Source: the human T2T-CHM13v2.0 reference genome, Homo sapiens
Reading direction: 5' to 3' (one strand)
Assembly: GCF_009914755.1 (NCBI RefSeq)
Contig: NC_060928.1
DNA: 64,000 nt
Under the pieces are notes generated by a model. That model saw nothing but the letters and a program-made list of their open reading frames with translations, did no database searches and was not told the DNA's origin. The translations under genes were made by a program, and so were the position numbers. Positions within the stretch are counted from its first letter, which is position 1. Every line of letters starts with the position of its first letter. Shown here in pieces: positions 45,871-60,767 of this stretch.

Positions 45871-46053
45871 AATGGCTTTGAGTCAAGCTTGGTTCCAGGA
45901 AAAGGATACTCTGATCCTACGTGAAAGCAAAAACCAGCCACTGAAAAGTAGACACCCAGATTTTGCCAGCAGAAGGAAGAGTATTGTTCATTTCCCACAA
46001 AGGTAGCAGAGTCTTTAACTTCAATTCCTAGGTTTTCCTGGCAAATAGATACT
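45871..46053 (-). CDS. Candidate alternative cassette exon of CNOT6L (183 nt, phase 2-2, no in-frame stop)
   Basis: Acceptor gtttgctttgttgcttttgcag|A, donor CCATT|gtaagt; reading frame equals ORF 45867..46094; no obvious repeat origin. Usage not provable from DNA. Confidence 0.5.
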
Positions 46054-46499
46054 CTGCAAAAGCAACAAAGCAAACTAAATATAATGCTCTTCACAATTTC
46101 AATCCTGCACTCACAACGCCAGCTTCACAAACTCATCAAAGGTCACAGAGGAGCTAATTTCCTGTTTTGTTACTTAAAACTCATTACCTTCCTCCTGAGC
46201 TAACCAATACAGAATAATTTCCTTCTTGTTTTGAAGCTGACAAAATAATGACAGTATACATGTAACATACCAAAAAAAATTTTTAGACAGTTACTAAGAG
46301 TCAAGGAATACAGTTTGATATAATTTTCTGAAAACAAATTGCACAGAATCCATGTCTATTATTACTCCACTTGAGGAATATTTATTTTTCTTAACAAATT
46401 TTAAAACCTTTATTTTGAAGTTATTTTACCAGAAGATAAAAATTGGGGGGGGGGGGGGAGAATGAAACATTTTATAAATATTTATCAAAAACCCATTAT

Positions 46500-46655
46500 A
46501 AGCCATGCACCTTGCATGTGCCTGTAGTCCCAGCTACTCAGAAGCTGAGGCAGGAGGACTGCTTGAAGTCAGGAGCCCGAGGCTATAGCAAACTATGGTC
46601 ACATCTGTGAATAGCCACTGTATTCCAGCCTGGGCAATATAGCAAAAACTATGTC
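46500..46655 (+). mobile_element. FAM (fossil Alu monomer)
   Basis: Monomer with ctgtgaatagccactgtattccagcctgggcaa. Confidence 0.78.
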
Positions 46656-47389
46656 CCCCTGTCCTAAAATCCTCATAGTCCAGGAAACAAGATGAGAAAA
46701 ATGTAAACAATGACTACCATGTTGTAAACATTTATTTCCCATTTCTTTCTAAAATGTATTTAAAGTTGCTTTCCCCAAAAGAAATATAACAGTTTATACA
46801 TAATTTTAATTTAGTGAAGAATATGTGTAAATTCCATTAAAGTCCATTATAATGCTACTAAGAAGATTCCAATGGAGCAGTAGTTCTAATACAGGTTGAT
46901 GATTGTGAGGTGTGTTACAAATACAGTAATTTGTAACTATTAATAGTAAAAATTACCTAAATTTATGTACACCTTATACATACAATATAAATATACTGTA
47001 TGTCAGCATTGATTCTCTATCCTCTTACCAGTATTCCAACAATAAGAAGAGTAGAGTTACAACTATTTCTCCCAAATATTACAAATCATGATGGATACAT
47101 GTTGCATATGCACATATCCTTTAGGTATGTTATATAGGTTTTAGTCTTCTTTGTATTAAAATATGCCTCTTATCATGCTACTAAAAAATGTTTTCATTAA
47201 ACATAAATTACTTCCTAATTACTAAATGAATTTTCAATCTCCTTTTCAGACAGTACTCATCCCACATGGCTTCTCTGACTTTGAAAACTAAGGGCAACAT
47301 TATTTCTTGAAACTTTCCCCTCCCTTATCTTCTGGACCAGATTTTAACTAGACTGATAGAAGATGGAGTTTATGGGTGAGAGAGAAAAG

Positions 47390-47625
47390 AAAACATGCAC
47401 TGAACACCCAGTATGTGGCCAGATGGTATGCTAGAGAATTTGAATTATTGCATTTAACTTAACCAAAAGCATAGACCCTAATTATCAACTATCATTTTAC
47501 AGATGAGGAAGGTGAGATACAGAGAAGTTGTGCAGACATCTAACACCTCACAGCTAGTAAGTGGCTAGACGGGAATCTGAACATAGTTAAGACCAACTAC
47601 AAAAACCAAGCTTCTACTAAATCAT
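47390..47625 (-). mobile_element. MIR
   Basis: cattttacagatgaggaa..tgag..acagagaagtt; cacagctagtaagtggc. Confidence 0.75.
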
Positions 47626-48378
47626 GCCAAATTTTAGACATTCCCAGAAGAAAATGCGGAGAAAATATTTTATAATCTTGGGGTGCAGAAAACTTATTCT
47701 AAGCAAGGCAAAGACCTTTTATAAGGAATGATAAACAGTATTTTAAAAATTTAATGTCTATAAGGCAAAGAGCAAAGTCATAAACAAAGTCAAAATACAA
47801 ACAAGAAACTGGAACAAAGTCTCTGCAATATTGATAATGAGCAATAAGGTAATGTTTCTAAAATGTAAACAGCTATTAACAAAGTAATAAGAAAAACAGA
47901 GACACCCAATAGAAAAATTTAGGGTAAAGGTCATGATCAGGCAAATCACAAAAGAATGCAGTGGCCAAAAAAAATGTGAAAAAAAAAATTATCTCCACTA
48001 TAATTAACAAATTCCAAAATTTAAAATATGTATGACTTTTTGTTATTAAAATGACAAAAATTAATTATGTGAATATGAGTTTGAGAAAATAAGCATACAT
48101 CACACAATTGTTGGGAGTAAAATTTTATAAAACATTTCTAAAGGGCAATCTGACAAGATGTATCAAATATTAAATGTGTAATTACTTTGATCCAGCAATT
48201 CCTTTCCTAAAAATTTATACTTTAAAAAAGTGTGCAAAAGGTGTTTATACAAGTTTTTTCACTGCATTAGTGTTGATAATCATCAAAAATACAGAAATGA
48301 ATTGTCAATCAACAGGGGACTGAATGACAGGACATCAATAAAATGGATTACAATGAAGCCATTAAAAAGCAGGAGGTA

Positions 48379-48733
<355 letters not shown>

Positions 48734-48883
48734 TCAAAAAGTTAAAACACAGAAATACGTATGACCCAGCAATTCCACTCTTAGGTATACACCCAAGAGA
48801 AATGAAAACATACGTCTTCACAAAACCATATACATGAATTATTTATAATAACCAAGTATGTATAATAATATATTGTTCACTCA

Positions 48884-49221
<338 letters not shown>

Positions 49222-49699
49222 CTACAACATGAATCTTGAAAATATTATGCTAAGTGAAAAAAGCAGACACAGTCACATATTATATGATTCTACTTATATT
49301 AAATGACTAGAAGAAGCAAATCCATAGAGACAGAAAGTAGACCAGAAATTGTCAATGGATGGGGTAACTGGAACTAACTGACATAAAATATGAGGTTTCT
49401 TTTGTGGGTGATGGAAATGTTCTGGAATTTGCTTGTAGTGGTGGTTGGCAACATACTGAATGTACTAAAACCACTAAAATATACACTTTAAAATGGTGAA
49501 TGTTTGTGTTATGTAATACATATCTCAACTTTCATCCTACAATTTTTTAAAGCATGAGGTGTATTTATTAATGAAAAAAGATGTTTTCAAATGAAAAAAA
49601 AGCAAATTTTTAAAAAAGTATACACAGTATGAACCTATTTTAGTTATGTTTTTGTGGTTATGTAAGTATATATTGACCAGAAACAGGTAACAGTACTAC

Positions 49700-49920
49700 C
49701 ACTTAGCCTTGAACAACATGGGTTTGAACTGCACAGGTTCACTCGTGGAGATTTTTTTTAACCAAACACAGATGGAAAATATAGCACTTGTGAGATGAGA
49801 AACCCATGTATATAGAGGGCCAATTTTTCATATACATGGCAGGACCTGAGTATGTATGCATGGATTTAGGCATACACAAGGGTCATCGAGCCAATCCTCT
49901 CTATACCAAGAAACTACTGT
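49700..49920 (+). mobile_element. MER8/Tigger2-derived DNA transposon fossil
   Basis: ccttgaacaacatgggtttgaactgcac start; aatcctct.tataccaag...actgt end. Confidence 0.7.
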
Positions 49921-50875
49921 CTATATTATACTGCTAACAAGCTTGATCGCCATGAAGCAGGATAACCAGAAAATTATGCGTTTTATTACCATTTGAATTT
50001 TTTTTTACAAAGAGTACATATTATTTCCCAAAACAGACATGATGCAATAAAAATACTACCATCTGCAAAGAAAAGTACATTACTATGACAAAAATACACA
50101 GAAGAAGAGTAAAACAGGAGCTAGTACAAGCAAAGGTAATTAACCTAGGTTCCATAAATCTCAGGAAACCTGTGAATTTATATAGAAAAAAAATTACATC
50201 ACCATTTTCACTAATCTCTAAAATTTTCACACAAACCTAAACAATCAACCATAATAGTATTAGCAGTACCTGTGATTTCTGTCACTAACAGAAGTACATT
50301 TTCATTTCATATTATAGTTGTTACAGAAATCTCAAAATATCTATATGTACCAGTATTACAAAATTATGGTAGCTATTAGACTCATTGCAAGACGTTACTT
50401 AACAGTATTAGTAGAGAAGCATATATATTACTATATCATATTTTGGCATTTCAATATAACAAGTTCCTTTCAAGTCCTATTTACTTTATTTCACTCATTT
50501 AAAATTGTCATTCTACATTGGATTCACAGCCTTCTCCAGACTGAAAAAAGGTCCACAGCACCAAAGATTAAGAATCCATGAATTAGCAACAGGAAGGGAA
50601 ACCAATCATAAGAGTATTCTAATTATTCAAGCATAAAGTAAGCAGAGCCCAAATTCAGGCAACGATAGAAATCACTCCAATAGAATTCACAGTAATCAAT
50701 TTAACCAACAAAAAATACACAATTTCCTTCCTTGACCTGCCTCTTCCGTTTTTCTCATTCGTCTCTGACTTCCTCATAGTCAATCATTGACTTATCACTT
50801 TATATTTTAACTTTTTTTAAAAGGCCTCCTTCTTCCCAGTCCCATCTCCTCAACTGATGGTGAATACCTCAACTA

Positions 50876-51195
<320 letters not shown>

Positions 51196-51801
51196 GATTA
51201 ATTTCAAACTGCCACCAACCTGTTCAAAATCATTCCATGGTTCCCAATGTCTTTAATAGTAGTACTGATAATTATGATATTCTAGAGCTACATCTTGCAG
51301 TATCTATTAATCAAAACAATTGTTTAGGTAATGAATGTTCTATAAAATACCTAAAGCAATATTACAACATACAATTTGTGTATTAAGAGAACCCAAGTTA
51401 TGGATTTAAAAAACACCTGCTGCTCTAGAGTTGAAAGCTTTGTATCAATGACTCCAGAACAAAATTAAAATTCCTTACCAAGATATTCAAGCCCCTCCAC
51501 GATCATTCTCCAATTTGCCTTATTAACCTCATGTTCCCACTCGAGCCCTAGAAGTTAACCAGAAATTTACTTACTTTCCCACTCACCACCACCCCTGAAC
51601 CTGGACTCATTTTTCTGCAACTATAGATCTGCTGATATGATTTCCATGTCTGTAATGCCATTTAATTATTCATTCATTTAATAAACACTTTCAAATTCCC
51701 AACTATATGCCAAACTCTGTATTAAGCCCCTACTATGTATCAAACACTTGAGCTACAAAGGTAAGGCATATATCATCTATGCCCTTAAAAACCTCACAAT
51801 C

Positions 51802-52054
51802 TTTTGTATTTTTAATAGAGAGGGGATTTCACCATGTTGGCCAGGATGGTCTCGATCTCCTGACCTGGTGATCCGCCTGCCTTGGTTAGCTGGGCATGGT
51901 GGTGTGTGCCTGTAATCCCAGCTACTCGGGAGGCTGAGGCAGGAGAATCGCTTGAACCAGGGAGTCAGAGGTTGCAGTGAGCCGAGATCGCGCCACTGCA
52001 TTCCAGCATGGCGACAGAGTGAGACTCCATCTCAAAAAAAAAAAAAAAAAAAAA
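51802..52054 (+). mobile_element. Alu with inverted left arm (51802-51885 antisense, 51886-52054 sense), followed by a monomer fragment 52066-52152
   Basis: Strand switch at ccttgg|ttagctgggc. Confidence 0.9.
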
Positions 52055-52726
52055 TCCTACAATCTAAGGCTACAGGGAGAGGATCTGTTGAGCTCAGGAA
52101 TGCAAGGTCAGCCTGGGCAACATAGCAAAATCTCCATCTCTTAAAAAAAAAACTCACAGTCTAACGCAAAACGGAGACATAAACCCAAGTTAAACACAAG
52201 GCAATGTAGTAAGTGTTATGAATGAAGAATGCACAGAATGCTAGAGGAGCACAGAAAAAGTTCATAAAGCAAGGACTACAAGTACCAAGTAAGGTTTCCC
52301 AAAGTAGGAAGTACCAGAGGCAGATTATTAAAGAAATCAATGAGGTCATAAAGTATAAGGTATTGTAGGCATATATAAAGCACAGACCACGCTGTAAGTC
52401 ACTCACTACAGCTAGGCTAGGGAATATGTGAGAGAGAGTAGTAACAAATACGAAAACTAGAAAAGTAAGCAAAGACAAGATCATCAAGGGCCTTACACAT
52501 AATGCTAAGAAATTTGCATCTTATTTAAAAGTAATAGGAAGCAGCAAGATATCTTAGGAAGTACACAGGTTTAGGTATTCCAATGGCCTCAATCTGTCAC
52601 TTACTTGACCTTCATCAAATCTGCCTCTCTAAGCTTCAATTTCCTCAACTGTGAAGTAGAAATAATATCAACTTTACCAGGATTGTTACAAGAAGAAATG
52701 AGTTAGTTCACGTAAATCTCCTTGCA

Positions 52727-53283
<557 letters not shown>

Positions 53284-53779
53284 CCCACAGTAGGTAACCA
53301 GAAAACAGTAACTATTATTATTAAAGGACTGTAAGCAGAGAATTTAAGCAATGTGGGATGAATTTTACAAGGATTTCTCTGGTGACAATGTGTACAAAGG
53401 AAAAGATGTTAAAGGAGATATAATGGAAGTTGTAGACTAGCAAGGAAGATATTACAGTAGTCTATTAATTTTTTCCCTGCCTTTTTTCTCATCATAAAGG
53501 CAAGAGCAACATCTATCTCCTCTCTTACTTATCCCTGTAGTTTAAAATCCATATGTACTCTGTATGTCATAGCACTTAATGTTAGTCACTTAGCATATTC
53601 TGCCTTCACCTGTTTACTAGATCCAGACTTAAACATCCTATAAATGTAAGCATTATAGTATAAGAGTGTTTTAAATTCAAATAGATCTGGTTGTAATCTT
53701 GGGCACGTTAATTAACTTCTTTCCTAATAAGAAACAGTAATAGTGTACGTGTATTGTTTTTTAGTTTGGTTTTTTACTA

Positions 53780-53960
53780 CAGATGTGCCAGGTAGTGTCC
53801 TAAATACTTTACAGGACTACATCATTTAATCCTCACAAAACTCTACGAGATAAGGAATATTATCTCCCTATTACAGATGAGAAAACTGAAGCATAGAGAA
53901 GTTAAATGAGTTTCCGTAGAGCTGGAAAGTGGAGGACCCAAGGCTCACTTTCTTAACCAG
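53780..53960 (-). mobile_element. MIR
   Basis: catttaatcctcacaa; ttacagatgagaaaactgaagcatagagaagttaa. Confidence 0.75.
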
Positions 53961-55264
53961 CTTCAGAATGAGAATCATACTGCCTCTCTCATAGGATTTT
54001 CATGAAGAATAATTTAGATTACACATTTAAAGGGAAGGAGGGGAGTGGCTTTTCACATTCCTTGGTACTCAGTAGTCAAAAAAATATTAGCTCCATTCCC
54101 TGGTAGAAAGATTATTCTACATTTCTTTTTATTCCCCAGAACCCTGAATACAATAGTCTATAACAAATAGAAGCTTAATAAATATTAATTAACAGGTTAT
54201 ATTTTGGTGATTCAAATTCTGACAGTGTTTCAAGGCTACCATTCTGTATATAACTCACATTATGTTGTTTCATAAAATTATATGTAGATATTGCAGAAGA
54301 TTGTACTAAATATGAACCTATAGAAGAATATACCCTGTTAAGTAATTTCTGAGTTTTGCTTTGTTAAATATGATAAACATTATGATCAGAAAGCAATGGA
54401 TATATGAGATTCCAACAAAGTCTTTGTATAGAGAGACATTAAGGTTGGGATATACTAAATTTAGTTCTATTCTTTTAGCAGTATTTGTAGCTGGTATTAT
54501 GTAACTCTAATTTATGTTACTCATTTAGGAAATCTATTTAAGTAATATGGGAAAGAGAAAAATAGAGTTTAAACTTTAAGATTAGAGAGGGAGGTTCTCT
54601 CTGCAAAAGATGAATATAAGGAACATAAAGTGTTTTAATCTCTATTTTGTGTCACCAATTTCAATTGTTAATAAATGAAAACAATATTTGAAAGCCCCAA
54701 ATTACCAGGCATCTATTCAGTACAAATGACGAGTTTCTCATTTGTCTTATTTATTAGACTACTTATTTCTTTAAAAATAATAATAAATTGTATCTGTATC
54801 AAAATTTTAAAGCGGACTAAAAAGAATGAAAACTAATAAACCTGTTACAAAACAAAAATTCTATTACCACTTTCCAATTTCACCTGTTAACAGGAATATT
54901 CTTAGCTAAACTCAAAGTTATCTTAACTTCTGAGAACTATACATGAAAGACAAAAATAAAAATTTTTAAAAATATTTATCTGATCAGAATGTGGATGCAT
55001 GGGAACACAATTAAAATTTCAAAAAGTAAACAAAGGGTAATCACCACATCAAAGTGAAACACAACTTTACCTTACTGAGCAAAGTTTCATATGAAATTTG
55101 TTAAATTTTTTAGAAAATTATAAAGAAAACTTGTAAAAACAAAGCCATTGATGCTGAAATGTTTAGGGTGGGAGAATGTCAGCTGACAGCTAGATTCAAA
55201 GTACATTAAACTAAACATAAAATTTTTTATTAACCATACCCCCAATATGGCAAAGGTTTGCTTA

Positions 55265-55790
55265 CTTTTTAAATTTTTTAATTGGCACATAATTGTATAT
55301 ATATATGGGATACACAGTGATGTTTCCATACATACAATGTGTAGCGATCAGATCAAGGTAATCAGCATATCCATCATCTCAAACATGTATCATTTCTTTG
55401 CATTTGGAACATTCAATATTTTCCTCCTAGCTATTTGAAACTACATAATAATATTGTTAACTATAGTCATCCTACAGTGCTACAGAACACTAGAACTTAC
55501 TCCCCCATCTAGCTATAATTTTGTACCCTTTAACAATCTCTCTCCCTAGCCCTCTTCCCCCTACCCTTTCCAGCCTCTAGAATCCTCTTTTCTACTTTTT
55601 ACTTCTAAGAGATCGACTTTTTTTGGCTTCCACCTAGAAGTGAGAATACGTGGTGTTTTACCTTTCTGTTCCTGGCTTATTCCACTTAACACAGTGTCCT
55701 CTAGTTCCATCCAAGTTGCCAAGAATGACAGGATTCCATTCTTTTTGAAGACGGAGTTCATTCTTTATGGCTGAAGTATTCCACTGTGTT
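55265..55790 (-). mobile_element. L1MA 3' end fragment
   Basis: ataattgtatatatatatgggatacacagtgatgttt; ATWMELEDTVLSGISQEQK. Confidence 0.85.
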
Positions 55791-56028
55791 CACTTCTTTG
55801 TAAGTCCATGGTTGGCACTTCATTTATGATTTAGTATCTTCTCTGATGCCCTCCAAACCTAGCTATCAAGCTATTCAGTAAGAAATTCTCCACACAATTT
55901 TTAGTATTTTTCAAAAGAAAGGATACTTCCACTGCTCAAAAAATCTTAATTATACAGATCAGTAAAAGATTAAGTGCTCTCCAAATGTGCATGTGGACTG
56001 ATGGGAAGATGATTAAAGATCAAGAAAG

Positions 56029-56435
<407 letters not shown>

Positions 56436-56922
56436 CTAATCCACATTTCACAATTCTCTCAAAACTCAATCCTAACACTCTCTCACAAACACACACACTC
56501 ACACAAACAAACACTCAACAATCTAGGAAATGAACTTCCTCAACCTGATAAAGGCTATTAATGAAAAACTTATAGCTCACTACTTTCCGCACACTGCCTG
56601 CCTATGGGCTAGCCTTTCTCCGCAAGGAGCAGTTTAAAAAAAAAAAAAAAAAAATCACAGCTAACATCTACTTAATGGCAGAAGATGGAATGTTTTCCCC
56701 CTAAGACTGGGAACAAGACAAGGATTGCTGCAAGTCAAGTGACTTCTCTTGACATTTCTTTTCAGTAATGTTCTGGAGGTTCTATCCAGGGCAATTAAGC
56801 AAGAAAAGGAACTAAAATGCATCCATATTGGAAAAGCAGAATTGAAACTTCATTTGTTTGCAGGTGACATGATATTTGTATGTAGAAAATCTTATGGAAT
56901 CCACTTAAAAACTATTAGAACT

Positions 56923-57218
56923 GGCCGGGTGCAGTGACTCACACCTGTAATCCCTGCACTTTGGGAGGCTGAGGCAGGTGGATCACGAGGTCGGCAAGAC
57001 CAGCCTGGCCAACACAGTGAAACCCCATCTCTACTAAAAATACAGAAATTAGCCAGGCATGGTGGCAGGCACCTGTAATCCCAGCTGCTCAGGAAGCTGA
57101 GGCTGGAGAATCACTTGAGCCCAGGAGGCAGAGGTTGTAGTGAGCCAAGACAGCGCCATTGCACTCCAGCCTGGGCGACAGAGTGAGACTCCATCTCAAA
57201 AAAAAAAGAAAAAAAAAA
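56923..57218 (+). mobile_element. AluS
   Basis: Alu consensus; TSD aaaaactattagaact. Confidence 0.95.
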
Positions 57219-58035
57219 CTATTAGAACTAAGAAATTCAGCAAGGTTGGAGGATACGAGATCAACAAACATAAATCAAGTGTATTTTTATGCACTTGTCA
57301 TGCAAAAACCCCCCAAATTTTTTTTAATTCCATTTACAATATCATCTGGAAGAATAAAATACTTGGGAAGAAATGCAGCAACAGAAGTATGAAACTTATA
57401 TTCTGAAAACTATGAAACACTGTTGACACTTAAAGACGATCTAAATAAATAGAAAAACATCCCATGTTCATGGACAGGAAGCCCTAATATTCAGATGGCA
57501 ATGGTCCCAAAATTGATGTACAGATTTAACACAATCCCCATCAAAATTCCAGCTGACTTCTTTGCAGAAACTGACAAGCTGATCCTAAAATTGATATGGA
57601 AACACAAGAGATTCAAATAGCCAAAACAATCTTGAAAAAGAAAAAAAGAGTTTTTCATTTTTTCTTCTCAAAAGGAAAAACTTTGAGAGGTTTGAGGACT
57701 CAGACCTCTCAATTACAAAGCTACAGTAGTCAAGACCATACTAGTATAAGGATAAACATATAAATCAATGAAATAGAATTAAAAGTCCAGAAATAAATCC
57801 TCCACACTTACAGTTAATTAATTTTGGACAGGGGTGATGATACAATTCAATGGAGAAAGAACAGTCTTTTCAATAAATGGTACTGGGGCAACTAAGTACC
57901 CACAGGCAAAGAGATATTAGACTTCTACAACAGACCATGTACAGAAATTAATTCAAAATGGATCAAAGATCTAAATGTAAGAGTTAAGGCTATAAAACTC
58001 TCAGGACAAAACAGGGAAGTAAATATCTGTGGCCT

Positions 58036-58125
58036 TAGATTAGATATATTAGATAGATAGATTAGAAATAGATTAGATATAGATTAGAAATAGATAGATA
58101 TATTAGATAGATTAGCTAGATTAGA
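58036..58125. repeat. Degenerate (TAGA/TAGAT)n expansion inside L1
   Basis: Directly visible. Confidence 0.9.
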
Positions 58126-60362
58126 AACAAGAAGTCATTATTTCTTAGATACGACACCAAAAGCACAGCAAAAATAGTAACAAGAATTTCACTTCATCAA
58201 GCTAAAAACGTTTGTGCCTCAAATGACACCATCAGGAAAATGAAAAGACAACTCACAAAATGGAGGAAAATATTTGCAAATCATATATAAGGGACACATC
58301 TAGAGTATAAAAAAGACTCTTACAACTCAATAATTAAAAAACTCATTATAAAAATGGGCAAAGAATTTGAGTCTTTTCACACACTTCTCTCCAAAGAGGA
58401 TATACAAATGTCCAACAGCACATAAAAAGCATCATTAGCCATCAGGGAAATGCAAATCAAAACCAGGATCAAATCACACCTGCTAGAAGAACTATGATGA
58501 AAAAAGGAGATAATAACAATTGTTGGCATGAAGTGGATAAATCAGAGCTCTCATACACTGCTGATGGAAATGTAAAATACTGCGACTGCTTTGGAAAGCA
58601 GTCTAGAAGTTCCTCAAAAGTTTAAACACAAAGTGGTATATGTTCCAGCAATTCCACTCTTAGGTACACACCCAAAAGAATTCAAAACATACATACATAA
58701 GAACTTGTACATGAATGTTCACAGCGGCATGATTTATAATGATAGCCAAAAAGTCTATGTCCATCAGCTCATGAATAAGATAAATGTGGTGTATTCTTAT
58801 GCTGACATACTATTCAGCCATTACAAGAATGAAATACTTGCTATGACACGGATGAACCGTGAAAACACGGTAAGTGAAATATGCTTATCATAAACGACCA
58901 TATATTAAGATTGCATTTGTACAAAATGTCCAAAATTGGCCAAATCTATAGAGAAAGGAAGTAGTAATTGCCTAGAACTAGGGGCATAAGAGAATGAAGG
59001 GTGACTCTTGAAAGATACAGGATTTATATTTTAGGTAATGAAAATGTTCTAAAATTAACTATGGTGATGGTTGCACAATTGTTAATATACTAAAAACTAC
59101 TGAGTTGTACAATTTAAATGGATACTTCTAAGGTATCTAAATTATACCTCATAAAAGTTGTCCAAAAAAAAGCAACCCTTTAAGTAATTCCTGACCCAAT
59201 TGACATTCCATTTTATGTCTCAGAATGTCTATAAACAGTTTATATCATATTGACTTGCACTAGTTCATTTGTTTTGAAATAAATAAATTACATGCTTTAT
59301 TTCCCTTACTCACAAACTATAAGCCTCTACATCTTTCATACTTCTCTTTAGAACTGGGTACAATAATAGGTGCACAGTGGGTCCTCAGATTAGGTTTTCA
59401 ATTTTCAAGATGCAAGATGTTAGAGAAGTATTTACCATGGAGAAGTTAACCAGACTATTCCAAAATCTTCCCTTTGGGAAATAAAGAGATTATATATAAC
59501 TCCCCAGAAATCCCTAACCAAACTCTTAGAATAAAAAATAAGTAAAGGTGACACAGAGCTGAAGTTTCACATTATAATAAACCTGCACAATCATAGAATA
59601 AATTGTGATTCAATTAAAGTTGTCCAGTGATAAAATACCAATTACTGTATTAGAGGTCCAGTGTCAGTGCAGTTAGTAAAAGAAAGTTGTAGTATTTTCA
59701 TCACAAAGCATGAGCACAAATTAATAATTAAGCCTCTGTTGTTTACTTGATGATTTTATTGGTCTTTCTGGGTTAAGGCTCACATGTATTAATTTTAATA
59801 ACTTTAGAATTATAAAAACTGCAGCAACAAACAAGAGAATATGGTAAGGTCCACCTAAATGAGATTTCCCTCAAAGTATAAAGTAATCTTCATCACCTAT
59901 CCCAATAACAGAGGAAGAAAATTCAAAAAATGTGTTTCCTATGAAACTATACCCAGAAACTGAAATTCAGAGTTTTGTCCTACTGATCTGAACTGATTTC
60001 AAAATACAAAGAGAAATAACTCAAACTGCCAGAACTCATTAAAGCACAATGACAATCAATAACTGGATACTACAGGAGAGACCCACTAAAGGTTACAGAA
60101 TCCAACTGTAATGTTCTCTGAAAAATTTATATCTTTAAATAGTTACAGAAACTCACTTGTCATTTAAGCCCCTCAGTGATGAGAGCTTCCCCCTCCCACT
60201 CCTGTGACTCTTCCCTCCTTTCTCCTCTCCCCACCACTCTCCACTCACACCCAATTTTACTCTTTGAAGATGGAAAGCAATTCCTAACTATCATAATTCA
60301 CCTTTTGGATGTAATTTCATAAATATATGCTAACATCTAAAATAACACCATGAAATGCCCCT

Positions 60363-60767
60363 TGTAGCAGAGATGGCCAAGCTTTCCACCTGCCAGGGAC
60401 ATTTCCCACTCCCCTTGCATTCAAATAAGACTCTGTGACAAATCTTGCCAATAAAATTTGGAGGAATGTTTGTCATTTAAGTCTGGAGTTTCTTAAGAAA
60501 TGGTCTTCAGGCAATAGGGAGGACTCCAAGGCCCTAAGAAATGGTGGAGTCACAAGATCTAAGTTGTATGAGTCCCTAAACAACATAAGAGGAAAGCCAC
60601 AAGAAACCTGCTAACCAGGAGCACCTGCACTGGAACTGTCATGAAAGCAAGTAAACTGTCATGAAAGCAAGTAAACATCTGCACTGGAACTGTCATGAAA
60701 GCAAGTAAACTTCTTTGAAATTTTGGAATGTATTTATTACTCTGATTAGCATTACCCAAAGTAATAC
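60363..60767 (+). mobile_element. MLT1-type MaLR LTR with internal duplications
   Basis: tgtagcagagatgg start, atggtggagtcacaagat core, ends gtaataca. Confidence 0.55.
60622..60710. repeat. Compound tandem repeat: 20-mer x3 within 35-mer x2
   Basis: aactgtcatgaaagcaagta at 60634, 60654, 60688. Confidence 0.95.

Larger units (their letters stand above)
56515..59170 (+). mobile_element. L1MB ORF2 3' half and 3' UTR, interrupted by an Alu and a TAGA-rich expansion
   Basis: [22 protein letters not shown]; catcccatgttcatgga; ggtgatggttgcacaa. Confidence 0.85.

Noticed and set aside
60622-60710. Repeat-spacer-like pattern resembling CRISPR
   Set aside because: Adjacent duplications with no unique spacers, eukaryotic context, no cas genes.
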